A stretch of 60,436 bases of DNA, the filler included. It is 5 parts of 5 records of this genome, joined end to end, with 100 filler letters (N's around TTAATTAATTAA, not from the genome) between each part and the next. Parts side by side here need not be neighbours in the genome. Positions count along the whole stretch, not along the records: positions 51,298 to 60,436 come from DRR723986_8077; 4 more parts are not named here. One strand, written 5' to 3'. The notes under the pieces were generated by a model. It had not been told where the DNA came from and ran no database searches. It saw nothing but the letters and a program-made list of their open reading frames with translations. A program made the position numbers and the translations under genes. Shown piece by piece: positions 59,370 through 60,436 of this stretch; the first letter of the stretch is position 1; every line of letters begins with the position of its first letter.

Positions 59370-60254
59370 ATGCACACCAAAACCATCGCCCTGAACGGGC
59401 AGGATTTCTTTGTCAGAACTTGGGGCGATCCCGCCCTGCCTCCCCTGCTGATGCTGCACGGCTTTCCCGAATACGGCGGCGCGTGGGCCGATCTGGCTCC
59501 ACTCTTGCAAGACCGGTTCCACTGCATCGCCCCCGATCAACGCGGCTACGGCCAAAGCTGGGCCCCCGACGGCGTCAAGAATTACACCACCGCAGCACTT
59601 GTGTCCGACATGGTCGCCCTGATCGACCAGATCTGCGCGCCAGTCACCGCACCGGTCACCGTGCTGGGTCACGACTGGGGCGCGGCTGTGGCCTATGGGC
59701 TGGCCATGTTCCAACCGCATCTGGTCAGCCGCCTGATCATCGCCAACGGCGTGCACCCGGTGCCATTTCAGCGCGAGATGGCCGCTGGGGGCGCGCAATC
59801 GGCGGCCTCGCAATACATCCACACCCTGCGCCGCGACGACGCCGCCCAGATCTTTTCGGCCGACAACTATAAAAACCTCGAAACCTTCTTTCGCCGCCAC
59901 GTGGGCACCGACTGGATCGATGCCGACACCCTTGCGGCCTATAAAACCGAATGGGCCCGCCCCGGTCGCCTGAACGGTATGCTGAACTGGTATCGCGCCT
60001 CGCCCCTGCGCATCGCCGCGCCGGGCGAACCGCTCACCGATCTGCCCGACCTGCCGCTGGACAAACTGCACGTGCCCCAACCGCACCTGCTGATCTGGGG
60101 CGACGACGACAAGGCGCTGCTGCCTGAATCCACCCACGGGCTCGAGGACTTCGCCCCCGACCTGACCCGTGTCACCATTCCCGATGCAGACCACTGGCTC
60201 TGCCATCAGCAACCCCAAGCCGTTGCCGACGCCATCCGCAACTGGCACCCGTAA
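59370..60254 (+). CDS. Alpha/beta hydrolase, epoxide-hydrolase-like
   Basis: LHGFPE, PDQRGYG, GHDWGA, NWYRA, DHW. Confidence 0.88.
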   Translation: MHTKTIALNGQDFFVRTWGDPALPPLLMLHGFPEYGGAWADLAPLLQDRFHCIAPDQRGYGQSWAPDGVKNYTTAALVSDMVALIDQICAPVTAPVTVLGHDWGAAVAYGLAMFQPHLVSRLIIANGVHPVPFQREMAAGGAQSAASQYIHTLRRDDAAQIFSADNYKNLETFFRRHVGTDWIDADTLAAYKTEWARPGRLNGMLNWYRASPLRIAAPGEPLTDLPDLPLDKLHVPQPHLLIWGDDDKALLPESTHGLEDFAPDLTRVTIPDADHWLCHQQPQAVADAIRNWHP

Positions 60255-60267
60255 CCGGAGCATTCCC

Positions 60268-60436
60268 ATGATCAAAGTTCACCACCTCAACCAATCCCGC
60301 TCCCTGCGTATCCTGTGGCTGCTCGAAGAACTCGGCCTGCCCTATGAGGTGATCGCCTATCAGCGCGACGCCAAAACCCGGCTGGCCCCGCCCGAGCTGA
60401 TCGCCATGCATCCCTTGGGCAAATCCCCGATGATCG
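60268..60436 (+). CDS. Glutathione S-transferase, 5' part (runs off the window)
   Basis: MIKVHHLNQSRSLRILWLLEELGLPYE..HPLGKSP; absent from the ORF track. Confidence 0.9.
   Translation, partial: MIKVHHLNQSRSLRILWLLEELGLPYEVIAYQRDAKTRLAPPELIAMHPLGKSPMI

Overview
The window is five unrelated contigs joined by N-runs carrying a TTAATTAATTAA linker (gaps 17094-17193, 31275-31374, 43431-43530, 51198-51297), so gene neighbourhood holds only within a contig. (1) 1-17093, planctomycete-like: natAB-type ABC pair, GumC-like protein, lipoproteins, RluA, a methyltransferase, and a co-oriented trio of a chaperone-usher-like pilin, a lipoprotein secretin and a tandem-duplicated pilus-chaperone-like protein with no usher. 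This trio is the best candidate for an undescribed system (a secretin-dependent fimbrial pathway). (2) 17194-31274, betaproteobacterial: pqqA (3' end) and pqqBCDE, ABC pair, FadL, a lanthanide-type PQQ alcohol dehydrogenase (WDYDG), SoxYZ-like carrier plus metallohydrolase, aldehyde dehydrogenase, DUF779 and three sigma-54 promoters. (3) 31375-43430, alphaproteobacterial catabolic island: IclR, TRAP transporter, aconitase-like pair, ICL/PEP-mutase-family lyase, M29-fold protein and a biotin carboxylase module, nearly all with non-canonical active-site motifs. (4) 43531-51197, Rhodobacteraceae-like leucine-catabolism genes and nuoA-D with three small ORFs between nuoC and nuoD. (5) 51298-60436, Rhodobacteraceae-like housekeeping genes with an inserted Asn/Gln/Lys-rich microprotein plus HTH gene cassette. 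All assignments come from motif recognition by eye; no searches were run, and taxonomic labels are inferences.
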